Assembly (NCBI GenBank): GCA_964016885.1
Contig: OZ024742.1
Coordinates: 262,756,001-262,820,000, forward strand
Direction of reading: 5' to 3'
From: Eledone cirrhosa
Taxonomy: Eukaryota
DNA: 64,000 bases
Part shown: positions 1 through 11,551 of the stretch, piece by piece
Numbering within the stretch: position 1 is the first letter of the stretch
Layout of the letters: each line of letters opens with the position of its first letter
Notes under the pieces: model-generated
Told to the model about the DNA's origin: nothing
What the model saw: the letters and a program-made list of their open reading frames with translations, nothing else
Databases searched by the model: none
Position numbers and translations under genes: made by a program

Positions 1-1785
1 TGATGTATCCATACGAAGCATGGCCAGTGATGTAGACTTGAGTAGTTGTTTAATGAGCTCGATAGCGTTTACGCATTCTGTAGATAGAATGAGACGATCT
101 GACTTCAAACGGTTATCTCTAGCTTGTGTTATAGGTCTGATCAAGTTAGCGCATCCCTTAATCCATTTGTCATAGCAAGCAACTAAGGAGCTGTTAAGTT
201 GAGAAATCTTATTTGGAACTGGTTAATTCAAAAGATTTTTAAACCGTTTAGGGTCTGGTCTAATGTAACTATTTTCTATTTCTGTGACGCAAGAAATTTA
301 GTTTCGTCAGTCTGTATTCACATTTGGAGTCGTTCACTGTAATTTTTGCTAGCTTCGCCGCCTTTATAAACTGAAATAGATTGTGGTCATGTTCTGGATA
401 ATCTTTTCTGTAAATAATTATGTCGAGATATGCGAAAGTTTTGGTCAATGCATTAGATCTAATAAAATCATCGATTGTACGTTGAAAAATGGGGACTGCA
501 TTGGTACATCCGAAAGGTAACTTACGAAAATTATATAAACGTCCACAGGTCCAAACGTTGTAAGTGGCATATCTCTTTCCTTCAAATCAATTTTGCGGAA
601 AACTTTATTACATCCCACTTGTTGAAGGTATGGCCGATATATGCAGGAGGATATGAATCGAGTGGTGTATGAAGATTTGTGGTTTTAGAGTAGTCAACTA
701 CCAATCTTTTTTTTTTAATTATTATTCCTTTCCTTGTACAACGAAACACTGAGCACGCCAAGAACTTTGACTCTCAGTTATGATTCCGTTGTTAAGTAGG
801 CGATCGATTTTTCTACCATAGAGATAATATTTTGATAAGGGTTGATACTGAGGTTACATTTTAATGCCATGTCTTCAGTTATGAATGAGAAATCAGATCC
901 TGTATCAATAAGTGTTTCAATAGCATGTCCATTTATATGTGATATTGTTTTATTTAGTTATCTCTGCCTAGTTATCAAACTGGAGTTAGTATTGAATCTG
1001 AATCTGAAGCACCATCTTCAACTGAGTTATTTATGGTCTGTAGAGCTGCAATTTTCTGCTTAGACTTTGATTTGTTTTGGGCTAAGCATACATATTGCCA
1101 ATGCCCTTTCTTATGGTAGTTGTTGCAGATTGAATCTTTTGCAGGACAACTTGCGCGTTCATGCCTTCGCCTTCCACAAAAGAAGCATTTGCCAGTATTA
1201 TTACGAATAGCTGATATCGATGGTTGCCCTGAAACCAAAGATGGCTGATTTTCGTAGTGGATGCGTGATTCAGTGTTACCAAAACCTTGAGAGTCTTTAA
1301 TTGCTAACTCAAGTGTAAGAGCCTGTTTATGAATATGTAAGAGCCTTTCATCAGTTTATTCTAATAGTTTTTGCCCCTTTGTGGTGTTAATAGTCCAAAA
1401 ATGAAGGCATCAACAACAAGCATATCATGGTGTGGATCTGCAGTTAATGATTCAGTTGGACATTTTCTTGCTAAATGTTTTAGTTCATTCATGAAGTCGT
1501 CAACTGATTTATCTTCCATTTGTTTTCGCGTTCTTAGTTTGTGATGCATCATTATGGCTGTAGATTGCTTATTAAATTTGGCACCTAGTATAGCAATGGC
1601 TTGGTTGTAATTCACACAATCTTGAATGTAGACAAAAGCATTGTGGCCACATAACACAAATGATACTGAGAGTCTTCCGATATTTCACCTTTTTTCATGT
1701 AAATCTCAAGCATTCGCTTCCAGTAGAGATACTCTTCCTTGGTAGGACTTTGACTGAGAGTCTTCTTGAAGAATTTGGCATCCAT
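1..1785 (-). mobile_element. Degraded Ty3/gypsy LTR retrotransposon gag-pol (continues beyond the window start)
   Basis: Gag with zinc knuckle CFFCGRRRHERASC plus a second degenerate knuckle; protease LIDTGS near 900-915; RT-like remnants SSWRAQC and RLVVDYS; RNase H-like TTDAS near 20-35; many frameshifts. Confidence 0.8.
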
Positions 1786-2228
1786 GTCAATGAAGATTGG
1801 AATAAATTGAGCACGACTATTTCACAGTAGTAAGAAGTTATAAGGCTTTATTCCAATCTTCATTGGCAATACAAAATTATGGCCACTTGCAATTTATGTT
1901 GCCGGATTCAGATGAAACTTAAGTAGCCTGCACCAACTAACGTGGTCGCAGCTGATAGGTTGATTCAAACGAATTTCATAACAACATGCTTTTACTGATA
2001 CGGCCTATGTCTGATTTAGAAGGACAGATGAATCTAATAGAAGGGTTAAATTCGAAGTTATTTTTATGATCCTTTAAGTTAAAAGACGGTTCGGTGCGAT
2101 CAGCTATAACTAACCTATTCACTATCGCTAGCCCTTCCTTATTGGTATCATTAATTGTTGACCTGTCGTTTTTCTATACTTTTTATGCAATTTCTTAAAT
2201 ATAAGATTTTTATGTGTTGATATCCAAT

Positions 2229-3318
2229 TTTTCTTTCATGACATATGCAAAATGGTTAGATAGACAGATCGAAATTGGTGAGCTAGACTAAGGCGTCATT
2301 TGTTGTATTATGGATTGTTTCCAGGTCGCCGGGAAAACGTCTGAGAGGGCAATCCCGAACAACATGCAGTACTGTCTGGTCAGGGTCCCCACAGTCACCT
2401 GCTGGGCAGGCTTTCATTTTCCATCGATAGAGATGATGGACTCTCCTAGCATGTGTTGTGCGAATCCGATACAGGGACACCCATTGCTTTCTAGGAATGT
2501 CAAAGTGCTGGTTTAGCTGAGGGGTCCTAGACGAGGTCTTGGTTGGTGTAAGGTCTAGCAAGTGGAGTACTCTTTGGTGAAAATGAGTAGGTTGCCGAGA
2601 GTTTTCTACGGACTTTTTGGCGTGCCGCCTTGATTGAAGGTACCTTGGTGTTTAGATGTAGGCGTGATGCAATGGCATTAGCAGTTACTTTTGGTGGCAG
2701 GTGCTGAACGGGAAATGTTGCACTACGCCTAATGAGATTCCATGCTTTCCTAGAGTGAGTGAAATCCAACTCTTTCACCGTTTCTTGTCAGCGTGTCCCT
2801 CTAGCTGAGTCAAGAGGGTCTAAGCGTTCCAAAGGAGTGTCTGGATCACCTAAGGCCTCATAGCTCTTGAGAAACTCTTCAGATTCTGAGAGCAAGCACG
2901 GGATGTAAAATTGGCGGAAGTCTCGCTGGATGTGTTTCTTGGCAACCTCCTTCAGAATCTTACAAAATAACGTATAATTCTTGGGAAAGGCAGCAGAGGT
3001 CTGGGTTGTAATCCTTCTTCCAGTGACTAGAATGGAATGTGCCAGGTTGTTTGGCATCATGGAGAAGATAGCGGTAACAGTCCGAAGCCCATGAACTCCA
3101 ACTGTTCCCCAACCTCGTTGTCTGCGTTATAGCCCCATGAAGAGTAGTGATTGTTGAAGTCACCAGCATGCAGCTCCGAAAGGGAGTAGACTTGCAAAGC
3201 AGGAGTGGGCCAAGTAATAGCATGCCTGATGTAAGTTGCAACGCCGTATTTTGAGTGAGGCACTGAAGCAATGAGCTTGTATCCATAGACGAGAAGCTTA
3301 GGGCAGCTCTCGACATCA
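2229..3318 (-). mobile_element. Internally deleted Vingi/Ingi-like (I-group) non-LTR element
   Basis: APE motifs AGDFNNH..WGY and LLHDAKQPGTFHSSHWKKDYNPDL; C-terminal W..L.RIRT...CGDPDQTVLHVVRDCP; RT domain missing. Clade assignment is from memory of motifs. Confidence 0.65.
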
Positions 3319-3940
3319 CCAATATGGGTTTATTGTACTAATATGACATCAATGTAAAGTAGATGTTTCCAGTTTTGTTGGCTTGGATGTGTATACCGTC
3401 CATTTTATTTTTCTCAGTTTGTCCATAATTGACCGAATATTTATTTGGAATCGTTACGGTGCCTATGTTTGTTGAACTTAGTATTACCGATCGTATCCAT
3501 TAGGTCCGTTTCGAAGACCGAAGACCTCCAGGTAGGGGTTATGTAGTGGGTTTCTATAAGATTTAAATCCAAAGTTGTTATGTTCGTTAGAGTTTCAGTT
3601 ATTTAAATTAGCTCTCTTTTTTTCAAAGTGAAATGCCTTCCACCTAACGCGGCGGATGAAGTTATATGTCTTTTGTATTAAGCTTTTGAGGTAGTCGTTC
3701 TTATCAGGAAATTGGATATTCTTCAGACATGCCTAGGTAGTGTTTTTCCCTTGTGTTCCACCGTTGGTAAGGTGCTGGTTTGGCTTAACTCTCGGAGAGC
3801 AAAAATGAGAAGAAATATAAGTATCTGTTTTATGTAGGCTAATTCACGCTTATGTAAAGTGGATATGGAAGAGACAGCTTACCATTTCGATGTTGCGTAA
3901 CATAAATATCTTCATTGCCAATTAAATCTTACATACCATT
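3319..3940 (-). mobile_element. Highly degraded Penelope-like remnant (probably continues at about 2030-2228)
   Basis: Weak RT C-terminal-like words on the minus strand (KSYRNP, YTHPS, YNKP); appears split by the Vingi-like insert with a possible CCAAT duplication. Confidence 0.3.
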
Positions 3941-4943
3941 TATAGTTATACACCTCGGATGCCTTGTATAATGGTAACTATTAATGCCCACGTGTGTAAT
4001 TACATGCTCATGCGGGCGCGTCGAAACACGTGCTTATTTATTTATCTATTTATGCATTTATTTAGTTTTGAGTTTGACTTCGTTGTTGACTTTTTATACA
4101 CTGTGGCCGAAGTCACAACCTTAGCAGAGCGCGCCTCTTGTGAACATGCGCGACGGGCGATGGGGGTTTAGCGTCTGATATGAGAAAGGTTCATCTATCG
4201 TGAGCTGGATATTCCATCCACAGTATGTGGGCCGTTGACGTTGTAAGTTATACTGCCCAGCGTCTTGTGTGTTTTACCGTTGGCAGACAGCAGCTCCTCC
4301 GCCGAAACAAACACAGCCATTATGCTGCTCCCCATGGCTTCGCCGTGACCTTGGCTCGGGGATTTTTTATCATTGAACTTTACTCCTCTAGAGTGATTAT
4401 TTTAATTTGGCACCTGGCCCTCGATCAGTCTGGCATGAGTTTACCTACCAGGAGATGAATTCCAGCCATCATAGCTCTTGGGATCTTTGGAGCACGCAAG
4501 CCGCGTCATCACGACAAGGTAATAATCATGGGCGCAATAAATTAATATTTTCTACCATTTCATACACATCTATATTGCAAATGTATCGACACACTCTCAC
4601 CCATATTGTTTACATTGTAATATCACCTAAATGACACCAAATACAATTACTTGGGCGGCATGCCATGAGTTGAAACTGAAGCACACCGTCGATGTATATC
4701 TGGCTAAACTTGACTGATAACTTTAAAGAACATTTCCTCAACTGAAACATAGTAATATAAAGACTACGAAAATAAATATTTTTCACCACCTTAGATAGTT
4801 GGAGGCTAAGAAATTGTCGAGGTGAGGATGACCACGAGTGAACTATCAATCAATGTATGGTCCGGACGATTTGACAGTTGGTCTGACCAACACATTTAGT
4901 GAACTACCATATTCTAAACACACCCACCAGTAGGGCTATCATA

Positions 4944-5022
4944 TCAGTCTGATGAGGACACTCCCGACTTATTTTAGCGTTGCGTAACAACCTTCTGGCG
5001 TCTCTGAAATGCACATAGCAGT
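4944..5022 (+). ncRNA. Degenerate type-I hammerhead ribozyme motif
   Basis: CTGATGA (4949) GGAC...GTCTCT GAAA TGCACATA; the last part equals GAAACGCGCGTA after three CpG transitions. Stem I is poorly conserved. Confidence 0.45.
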
Positions 5023-5417
5023 TGTTCAATAAATTGAAGTGTGGGAAGTAGAACCGTGATTTCATATTTATTCACACACACACATTCATGTTAGAATTCG
5101 TAGAATAATGAGAACTCAACACGGAAGCTGTTAAAACAACAAAATGCCGTCAATGACGGCGTGTGGTAAAATTTTCCTTAAAGGATAGAAATCAGCGGCT
5201 AGAAGTGTGTTGGCCCACAGAAGTGATAGAAAGAAAGGAGAAAGGGAAGAAAATGGACGAGAGGTCACAAAATGTTTAAATACTCTCATCAGCTTTTACA
5301 CCGCCTGTGGTTTCGATGATTTAATTACAAGGACCACGTATAATAGACAGCTCGTACAACGGAGAAATAAATAAATATCTCTGTTGGTATGTTTGCGAAA
5401 GGAACGAACAGATTAGA

Positions 5418-6316
5418 TATCTTTCTTTATTTGCCACAGGGGCGTACAAAAATGGGACATTACAAGACGTGACAGCGGGGGTTTTACATAAAAATAACTT
5501 TAACATTAATAAATAACAATAAATTATATATAATAAAATAACAATTGAAATCCCCAGTAAGGGGGAACGTTACTACAGGGTTGTTTTACACCCCGTGGAT
5601 AGAACAACCCTCAACACCAGGAACACGTTTTGTAGGTGTTCCTGTCTTCCCTCTGTTTATCTTCCTCAACCTACAGGTTTATATACAGAGAAGGCCCATT
5701 CACTCGGGCCATTTTTGCCACATTCACCCACCTTTCAGCGAATTTACTGGGGTGTAGCACCTCTCTCTCCTCTCTCACCTTCCTTCTGAAGTGATACTTA
5801 AAGGGGATAAGTTGTTGTCCGGAGAGAAAGGTGTTTGCCCTCAGTCCTTTTAACCTCTTTCGCCATATCCACCAGAGAGGGGAAAACCGCCTCTCCTTCG
5901 TTCTTAAAGGCGGCGGGGTGATCCTCACGATGGACTCGGCTGACAACTGGATGCGTCCCACACGTGACAGTAGCTGTTCGACATAATTCCACAGGTCGGT
6001 CACCCCTGGGCACTGAACAATTGCGTGCAGAACGGTTTCGATGTCCTGCTCGCATCTTGGACAGGTCCTTTTGGCAGGATCTCTGCCAGGGCGTCCGTGC
6101 CTGTAGATTATGTCTCGAACTGCCAGGCCAGAGACCTCTGGAAGTTATCCATAGGCCCTGGACGGAAAGTCCTCCCGAACAGACTGGTCAGTTCGTCCTC
6201 CTCGATGCCTAGAGTTTCTCCGAGAACGTCGTCGCACTTATCCCTCACTAATTCCCTATAGAATGTCGAAGTGGAGTCGCCGCTGATTGCCGTTTCCGCT
6301 TGGTAGAGGGCTGTGT
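5418..6316 (-). mobile_element. Tx1-clade LINE, 5'-truncated 3' end
   Basis: Frameshifted ORF2 C-terminus (FGRTFRPGPMDNFQRSLAWQ...KFAERWVNVAKMARVNG) homologous to 29248-29973; same 3' tail. Confidence 0.8.
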
Positions 6317-6459
6317 GAGAGACAGACAGGTCAGAGAGAAAGAAAAATAAAGTGCGTCCATTTGACCTCAGGCTACAATGAAGGCTCTGTGTGAGGAGGT
6401 GGTAGTAAGCGGAAGTAGAAAGAAGATGAGAAGGAGGAGGAGGAGGAGGAGGGGGGGGT

Positions 6460-6533
6460 CTAAATTCCAATGAAAGTCTTGTTTCTATTTTAGAAACCGG
6501 CTGCCCCTCTCTATTGGTGAACATTTATAAAAT
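6460..6533 (+). mobile_element. Short copy of the R4-like element 3' terminus
   Basis: taaattccaatga...tagaaaccg...ctctctattgg aligns with the 3' UTR at 7814-7890. Confidence 0.55.
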
Positions 6534-6713
6534 AATTGTTTCTACTTTTGGCACAAGGCCAGCAATTATCCAGTGTATTACTGGTACTTTATTTTATCGA
6601 CCCTGTAAGGATGAAAGGCAAAGTTAACCTCGGCGGGATTTGAACTCAGACCATAAAGGGCCGTAACTCTTTGCTGCAAAGCATGGCGTCCGACCCTCTA
6701 CCGATACTGCCAC
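6531..6713 (-). mobile_element. tRNA-derived SINE (octopus-type), full length
   Basis: A box TGGCAGTATCGG, B box GAGTTCAAATCC, body CCGAGGTTAACTTTGCCTTTCATCC...GCTGGCCTTGTGCC; many relatives in the window. Confidence 0.8.
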
Positions 6714-7104
6714 AGAAAATATATACATACATACATACATACATGCGTACATATGTATGTATGTATGTATGTATTAAATGTAAAATAGTGAGGGAGGGGT
6801 TGATTGGGGAGTTGACTGCCATTTCTAGCAGATCGAGCAATCACCCAGTGTGATGTTGTTTAACGACGAGTGAACTCTAGTACAATAGACCTATAACCAA
6901 ATTTATTACAGCCATGACCATCCAGTTTTTTTCAGGCATTGTAAATCGAGGACTGCATCATCCAAGGCGTCCTCTCTGTTTTTTAGAGTTTGATATGATA
7001 TAGATTTGGCTGCTATTTCAAGCTAATCCCGACAGTGTTTTGTTCTGATTCTTAGCCGGATCTCAACTATACATACACTAACATACATATATACATACAT
7101 AGAG

Positions 7105-7908
7105 ATAGGGATGTAGGCAAAACACCTAGATGTGATAACAAGTGCAGAATCAACATCGAAGATGTCACCCATGTCATAAGCAGCTGTCCAAAGATGTTAT
7201 CGTGGTACTATCTACCTATGAGGCATGATGTAGTGGCCCAAACACTGTACAATGCAATCCATAGAAAAGATAGCCCCGATAACAAACACATTAAAAGCTA
7301 CAGCAATGTGGAAGACATACATATACATAATATGAAAGAGTACTGGTGGAATGTTCCAGTAAAAACTCCAATAAAATGCAGGCATAACAAACCAGACATA
7401 ATGATATGGGCCAGGGAAAAGAAGGCATGCACAGTAGTAGAAGTTAGCTGCCGAGCAGATGCCAATATAATATCAAAGATTAGCGAAAAGGAGAATATTC
7501 ATGCAGAACTGATGAGAAATCTGCAGATACTCCACCCTGATTACACCTTCAGATTTATGCCTGTGATTATTGGGGTACTGGGATATGTTAATAACTGCTT
7601 CAATACAAATTTTGAGAAGCTAGGCTTCACAGGAACAGAAAGAACACAACAAGTTAAGAAATTACAAGTACAATCCATTAATGGAACAGTAAAAATATGT
7701 AAAATATTCCAAAAATTTTGCATCTAATAACTGCATATACACATGCACACATACAGTAACACCCATACCTACACATACATACATGCAGACATATCTACCT
7801 AGTTGATGTTGTGTAAATTCCAATGAGCGAGAGTCTGGTAACTATGTTAGAAACCGACTCTCTCTCTATTGGCAAAACTTTGTGAAATTATAAAACTTGA
7901 AGAACGAA
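7105..7908 (+). mobile_element. R4/Dong-like non-LTR element (restriction-like endonuclease), 5'-truncated
   Basis: Zinc-finger remnant EDVTHVISSC, RHD, KPDIMIW, VEVSC and K..Y-type RLE motifs in ORF 7194-7727; flanked by (CATA)n. Confidence 0.8.
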
Positions 7909-7937
7909 CATACATACATGCATACATACATACACAA

Positions 7938-8240
7938 ATGTGTGGAACCTCCAGCGGTTTCGACGACTTTTGTTCGAGTTGATACGGACAACATGCTCGT
8001 GAAATCAACGTATAGGTGAGCATTCCACAGATATGGACATCTTTAACGTATTTTAGGGAGGTACAGCGTAGAAGTGTACGACAATATTGGTTCTTTAAAC
8101 TACAGACACAACTCATTTTTGCCAGCTGGATAATCTAAAGCAACGTAAAATAAAGTGTTTTATTCAAGGACACAATATACCGTCTGGTTAAGGAATTGAA
8201 CTTAAAACTTAATGGTCGTGAACCGAAAACCTTCACATTC
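7938..8240 (-). mobile_element. Degraded SINE of a second family
   Basis: aagtg...caaggacacaa core plus B-box-like ggaattgaac; similar cores near 39575-39660 and 10190-10275. Confidence 0.45.
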
Positions 8241-8407
8241 ACGCACACGCAATACATAAACACACATACACACATAATCAAACAAAAAAAAAACAACAAA
8301 TAAGTGAAGGGAGATCACTCTCTCAAATTGTAAACGAAAAAAATGAGACACTGCAAAGGAAGCAACTCTTCCTCATTTAAATCTTAAACTTTATTAGATA
8401 ACTTTCA

Positions 8408-8514
8408 TCCGCCGAGGTTAATTTTGCCTTTCATCCTTACGTGGTCGATAAAATAAAGTACCAGTAATGCAATGGGTAATTGCTGGCCTCGTACCAAAAG
8501 TAGAAACAATTATT
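8408..8514 (+). mobile_element. tRNA-SINE 3' half
   Basis: ccgccgaggttaattttgcctttcatcc...agtagaaacaattatt, same family as 6531-6713. Confidence 0.75.
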
Positions 8515-8671
8515 TGACAATAAAGATGATGATGATAGAGATTGAAGAGGTGATGGTTGTGATGGTGGTGATGGTTGTGATCTTGATGATAATGTTCATC
8601 ACCTCAACCGACATGATCACTAAAACAACCATCAACACCATTACGAGGTAATAATAAAAATGTTAACAATA

Positions 8672-9115
8672 AGTATTCTTATTAAGGAGGAGATCCGAGG
8701 GCTACTCATAGAAAAACCCCATAAACTACAGTTGCTCTGACCATTAGAACAAGTGCCTGCTCTGTTCTTCAGTCCCGATTTACAGGCATATACTCAGGGC
8801 AGGCCAGTTCACTCGGAACATGCTTGCCACTCTCCTCCACCTTTCAACAAAGTGGCTGGAAGGCAATACTTCCCTCTCTAACCTGATTTTCTTCTTCAAG
8901 TGAAACTTGAAGAAGCTGATGGATTTGCCAAAGAGAAAAGTGTTTGTCTTCAACCCCTTCAATTGTGTCACCATAGACACCAGACATATAAAACTGCCTG
9001 CCCACCCTGGTTAAAGGAAAGCGATGGGGTGATCATGAAGGATTTAGTTGATAGCCAGATCCGCCCTACACGACAGATATTTGACATAAACCTATAGGCC
9101 AGTAATGCTCAAGCA
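8672..9115 (-). mobile_element. Older Tx1-clade LINE 3' fragment
   Basis: FFKFHLKKKIRLEREVLPSSHFVERWRRVASMFRVN is homologous to the other Tx1 copies. Confidence 0.7.
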
Positions 9116-9348
9116 CTGAATGCGTACATGCAGTTTTGTTGCGCTGCACACAACATGGACTTTCTTGTCTGTATGCTGTTGTATATCCATTTTTGTATTC
9201 TTTTATCATGCTGTAATTGTAATCTTTATTCAATAGTGAAGAAGGAACAAAAGTCATTCAGTTTAATACATTTTGTTTTCATTTGAAGGTGGAACATCTA
9301 CATGGTCACTGTTGAAAATAGCAGCCAAAACACAATCTATCATCTTAA

Positions 9349-9554
9349 CCCTTTAGCATTTACATTACTCTAAATTTACTTTGGTATTTTCATGGTAAAG
9401 GCTTTACCTCACATAATATCAAATCTGAGATTTCGATATTATTTATTTTGAGAACAATACCTTAACATAAGTATGAGCGGCCAGTTACAGCCAGTTTGAA
9501 CAGAAAGAAGTGAGAAAATTCTGGCCGGATACAGCAGGTTTAAATGCTAAAGGG
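9349..9554. mobile_element. piggyBac-like MITE (206 bp)
   Basis: Perfect 14-bp TIRs CCCTTTAGCATTTA / TAAATGCTAAAGGG flanked by TTAA at 9345-9348 and 9555-9558; a partial inverted relative lies at about 12110-12260. Confidence 0.8.
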
Positions 9555-10026
9555 TTAAAAAGACATTGAATAATGTAATCCTAAATATATCCTTAAAAAG
9601 ACTGTGGTCATAGTCAAAATGACTCAGATCTAGGATTACATTATTCAGTGTCTTATTAAAATAACTAGCCTTTGCACATGCGCACTTCGGACCAGACTTC
9701 GCCTATATATATGTCTATGTATGAATAGATATATGTGTGTGTCCGTTAGATGTATTATTGCATTTCATGAATTACGAAGAATTTGCAAGTTACTTCACCC
9801 GGGGAGGATTAATAATAGCTTCACTAACTTCGGAAGACGATTTGTGTGTGGTGTGGTATGTGTGTGTGTGTGTCTGCATCAGACATGATTTATATGCTAT
9901 TACATTTATATATATCTAATCAATGGGTGTACAACAATCTAAACTATAATAAAGTAAGAAGCGCGGGACTGCGTACGGTTTATAACTTTTTATCCCTTTA
10001 GTAAAATAAGTTGGATTACTTTGAAT

Positions 10027-10147
10027 AAATAATTGTTTCTACTTTAGGCACAAGGCCAGCAATTACCCAGTGCATTACTGGTACTTTATTTTATCGACCC
10101 CGTAAGGATGAAAGGCAAAGTCAACCTCAACGGGATTTGAACTCAGA
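10027..10147 (-). mobile_element. tRNA-SINE, 5'-truncated, with target-site duplication
   Basis: Same family body; TTTGAATAAATAAT repeated on both sides (about 10020 and 10148). Confidence 0.75.
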
Positions 10148-11380
10148 TTTGAATAAATAATGAATGAATATTACATAATTTATCTACTAAATTTTGTGGC
10201 TGTTCATTTCATCATTTCCTTTTACATCCACTTTTCCCTGCTTGCAATGCTCTAACCACTAAGCCATGTGCCTCCATACATAAAAATAAGAATATGAAGT
10301 TTATAAAGCCAATCTCATAAATATATGGACTGTAAATGATGATACATTCACACATAGATTCATACGTGCATACATCATCATCATTTTACGTCCGCTTTTC
10401 CCTGCATACATACATACAACCCATACAAGTATGGAAAAGTGGACGTAAAAATGATGATGTTGATGATGATACATACACACACACAAACATATATATATAT
10501 ACATAGGCTTGGATAAAAGCCCGTAAAGTGTCTTTAGGCACAAAAGAAACTCCAGGCCCTTCAGTCATTGCTGTAGTTTCAAGGCTATGATATATACATA
10601 TCATAGCCTTGCTAACAATGGACATTAAACAACGATGATGATATATATATATATATATATCTTCATCATTATCATCCCCATTTAATGGCGTTTGCCATGC
10701 TAGCTCACACATGCATGCATACATACATACATATACACATATACATATATTATGTGTATGTATAGGTAAATTTGTAGAAGAAACTTAAATTGGTTTTCAA
10801 GTCACCAGACCCTTTGGAGGTTTAGAATGGGAATAAATAAGCTGTTTTTTTTGTTTTCTTGCTAGAACACATTAGGATGGGTGAAACCACCATTCAAGTC
10901 ACGCAAGAAACATTTAAGCAGTTCCCATTTACAACTGAATGTTTATTGATTAAAAGGTTAAAAAAATAATCATTAGTTTCATTTGACTTAGTATAAAATG
11001 TCTGATTGAATTATGGAAGCTGGATATTCTAGCGTTTATATACCTCTATCAATAATATTAGTGAAAATGAAATGAAATGGTTTCAACATATATTAAAAAC
11101 TGAGCTATAAATTGCAGGCTTATTATTTTTCATGTCATGATTCTTTACACATGTTGGGAATTAGGTTCTGATATTGTTTCTTTTGTTAATAACATTAGTC
11201 ATATGAGTTGAAAATAATTGACTTCAAGTGAGAACTGAAAGCATTTTGTAGATTCAGTTCATCTGGACTTGCTAATCATATTTTCAGAGAAAGTATAACA
11301 CATAACCAAATAAAATATGAATGGCCAAAATGGAAAGGCTGTACAGAAAGGGGGAGGTTTACTCCATTCCTCTTTAGCTA

Positions 11381-11551
11381 TCAATTAAAGTCACTGTCAG
11401 AGAAATATAATAGCTCCTCTGAATCATCAGCTTCACTTTCTGCATTATTTTTTGACTTCGTTGGAATTTTGTTAAGTTTGTTCAACTGAGACACAAGGTC
11501 TTTTGTTTTCAAATTCCGGGGTCCCTCTAAATTATTGAGATCAAGTTTTTT
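11381..11551 (-). CDS. MIS18BP1: MIS18BP1-like terminal exon
   Basis: KKLDLNN...EADDSEELLYFSDSDFN-TGA; an acidic tail followed by YFS-x-SD resembles vertebrate M18BP1 C-termini. Candidate AATAAA on the minus strand at 10947-10942. Confidence 0.82.
   Translation of the reverse strand, partial: KKLDLNNLEGPRNLKTKDLVSQLNKLNKIPTKSKNNAESEADDSEELLYFSDSDFN

Noticed and set aside
1800-1990. 5' LTR and PBS of the gypsy remnant
   Set aside because: A poly(A) signal and a TG start are possible, but no partner LTR is in the window and no recognisable PBS was found.
3870-3925. Possible minus-strand hammerhead (ATGAAGA...ATCGAAATGGTA)
   Set aside because: Core C is mutated and the stems are too degenerate to support a call.
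6640-6713. tRNA gene
   Set aside because: A and B boxes belong to a SINE head; there is no cloverleaf and it continues into a repeated SINE body.
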